From: Dehalococcoidia bacterium
Lineage (GTDB): Bacteria; Chloroflexota; Dehalococcoidia; Lucifugimonadales; UBA3495
Direction: 5' to 3'
DNA: 64,000 nucleotides
NCBI GenBank assembly: GCA_965207275.1
Contig: CBDBMH010000002.1
Span: forward strand, 2,971,651-3,035,650
Both the position numbers and the translations under genes were made by a program. The number at the start of each line of letters is the position of its first letter. Position 1 is the first letter of the stretch. The notes beneath the pieces were generated by a model, which was not told the DNA's origin, did no database searches, and saw only the letters and a list, made by a program, of their open reading frames with translations. Of this stretch, positions 63,876 to 64,000 are shown in pieces.

Positions 63876-64000
63876 GTCGCTTTTCCTGCGGGCCCCTGCG
63901 GGACCGGGAAATTTACTGCGGGTCCCAAGGTGACATCACAGTTTACGCAACGGGAACGACCGCAGATTTACGCTGGGTCGCAGCGTTAAGGCAATATATG

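Overview
This is a high-GC bacterial chromosomal segment of roughly 45 genes, mostly housekeeping and transport. It carries no rRNA, tRNA, CRISPR array, integrase or transposase that I can support.

Gene content, in order:
- LLM-family flavin oxidoreductase, pyruvate kinase, glutamate synthase gltB-gltD.
- A clear tmRNA (ssrA, tag GEREFALAA), then an MMPL/RND-type transporter.
- A lipoprotein made of four tandem Cache-like domains, split by a 1-nt frameshift.
- An NCS2-like permease with an extra C-terminal domain.
- An ABC-2 exporter operon with one ATPase and three permeases, two of them tandem paralogs.
- A cobalamin riboswitch with terminator in front of a FhuF-like Fe-S protein.
- A DnaQ-like exonuclease, a decayed GNAT gene and three more LLM oxidoreductases.
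- A Cas4-like nuclease plus HTH gene pair, then a type II HAD.
- pstCAB, a VOC protein and a Spondin_N protein.
- Two family-5 solute-binding proteins and an orphan CoxS-type 2Fe-2S subunit.
- Two extracytoplasmic thioredoxin-fold lipoproteins.
- MoxR-DUF58-transglutaminase-like-Ogt.
- A hydantoinase-type amidohydrolase and a low-GC PD-(D/E)xK-like gene.
- A 5'-3' exonuclease, an aminotransferase, an M28 peptidase and two ABC permeases.

The most unusual non-coding signal is a modular, hairpin-rich dispersed repeat family, present in at least 15 copies or fragments.
- It is packed into 43.7-45.8 kb.
- It flanks the hydantoinase gene.
- It forms a 95-nt tandem duplication.
- It sits inside the GNAT pseudogene.

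The best candidates for undescribed biology are:
- the repeat family;
- the B12 riboswitch paired with a FhuF-like gene;
- the standalone Cas4-like/HTH cassette;
- the low-GC nuclease-like gene at 56.7-57.8 kb.

Taxonomic guess, by inference only: Chloroflexota, SAR202- or Dehalococcoidia-like. This rests on the tmRNA tag style, the LLM paralog density and the lipoproteins with Pro/Thr-rich linkers. All family calls are by-eye motif recognition; no searches were run.
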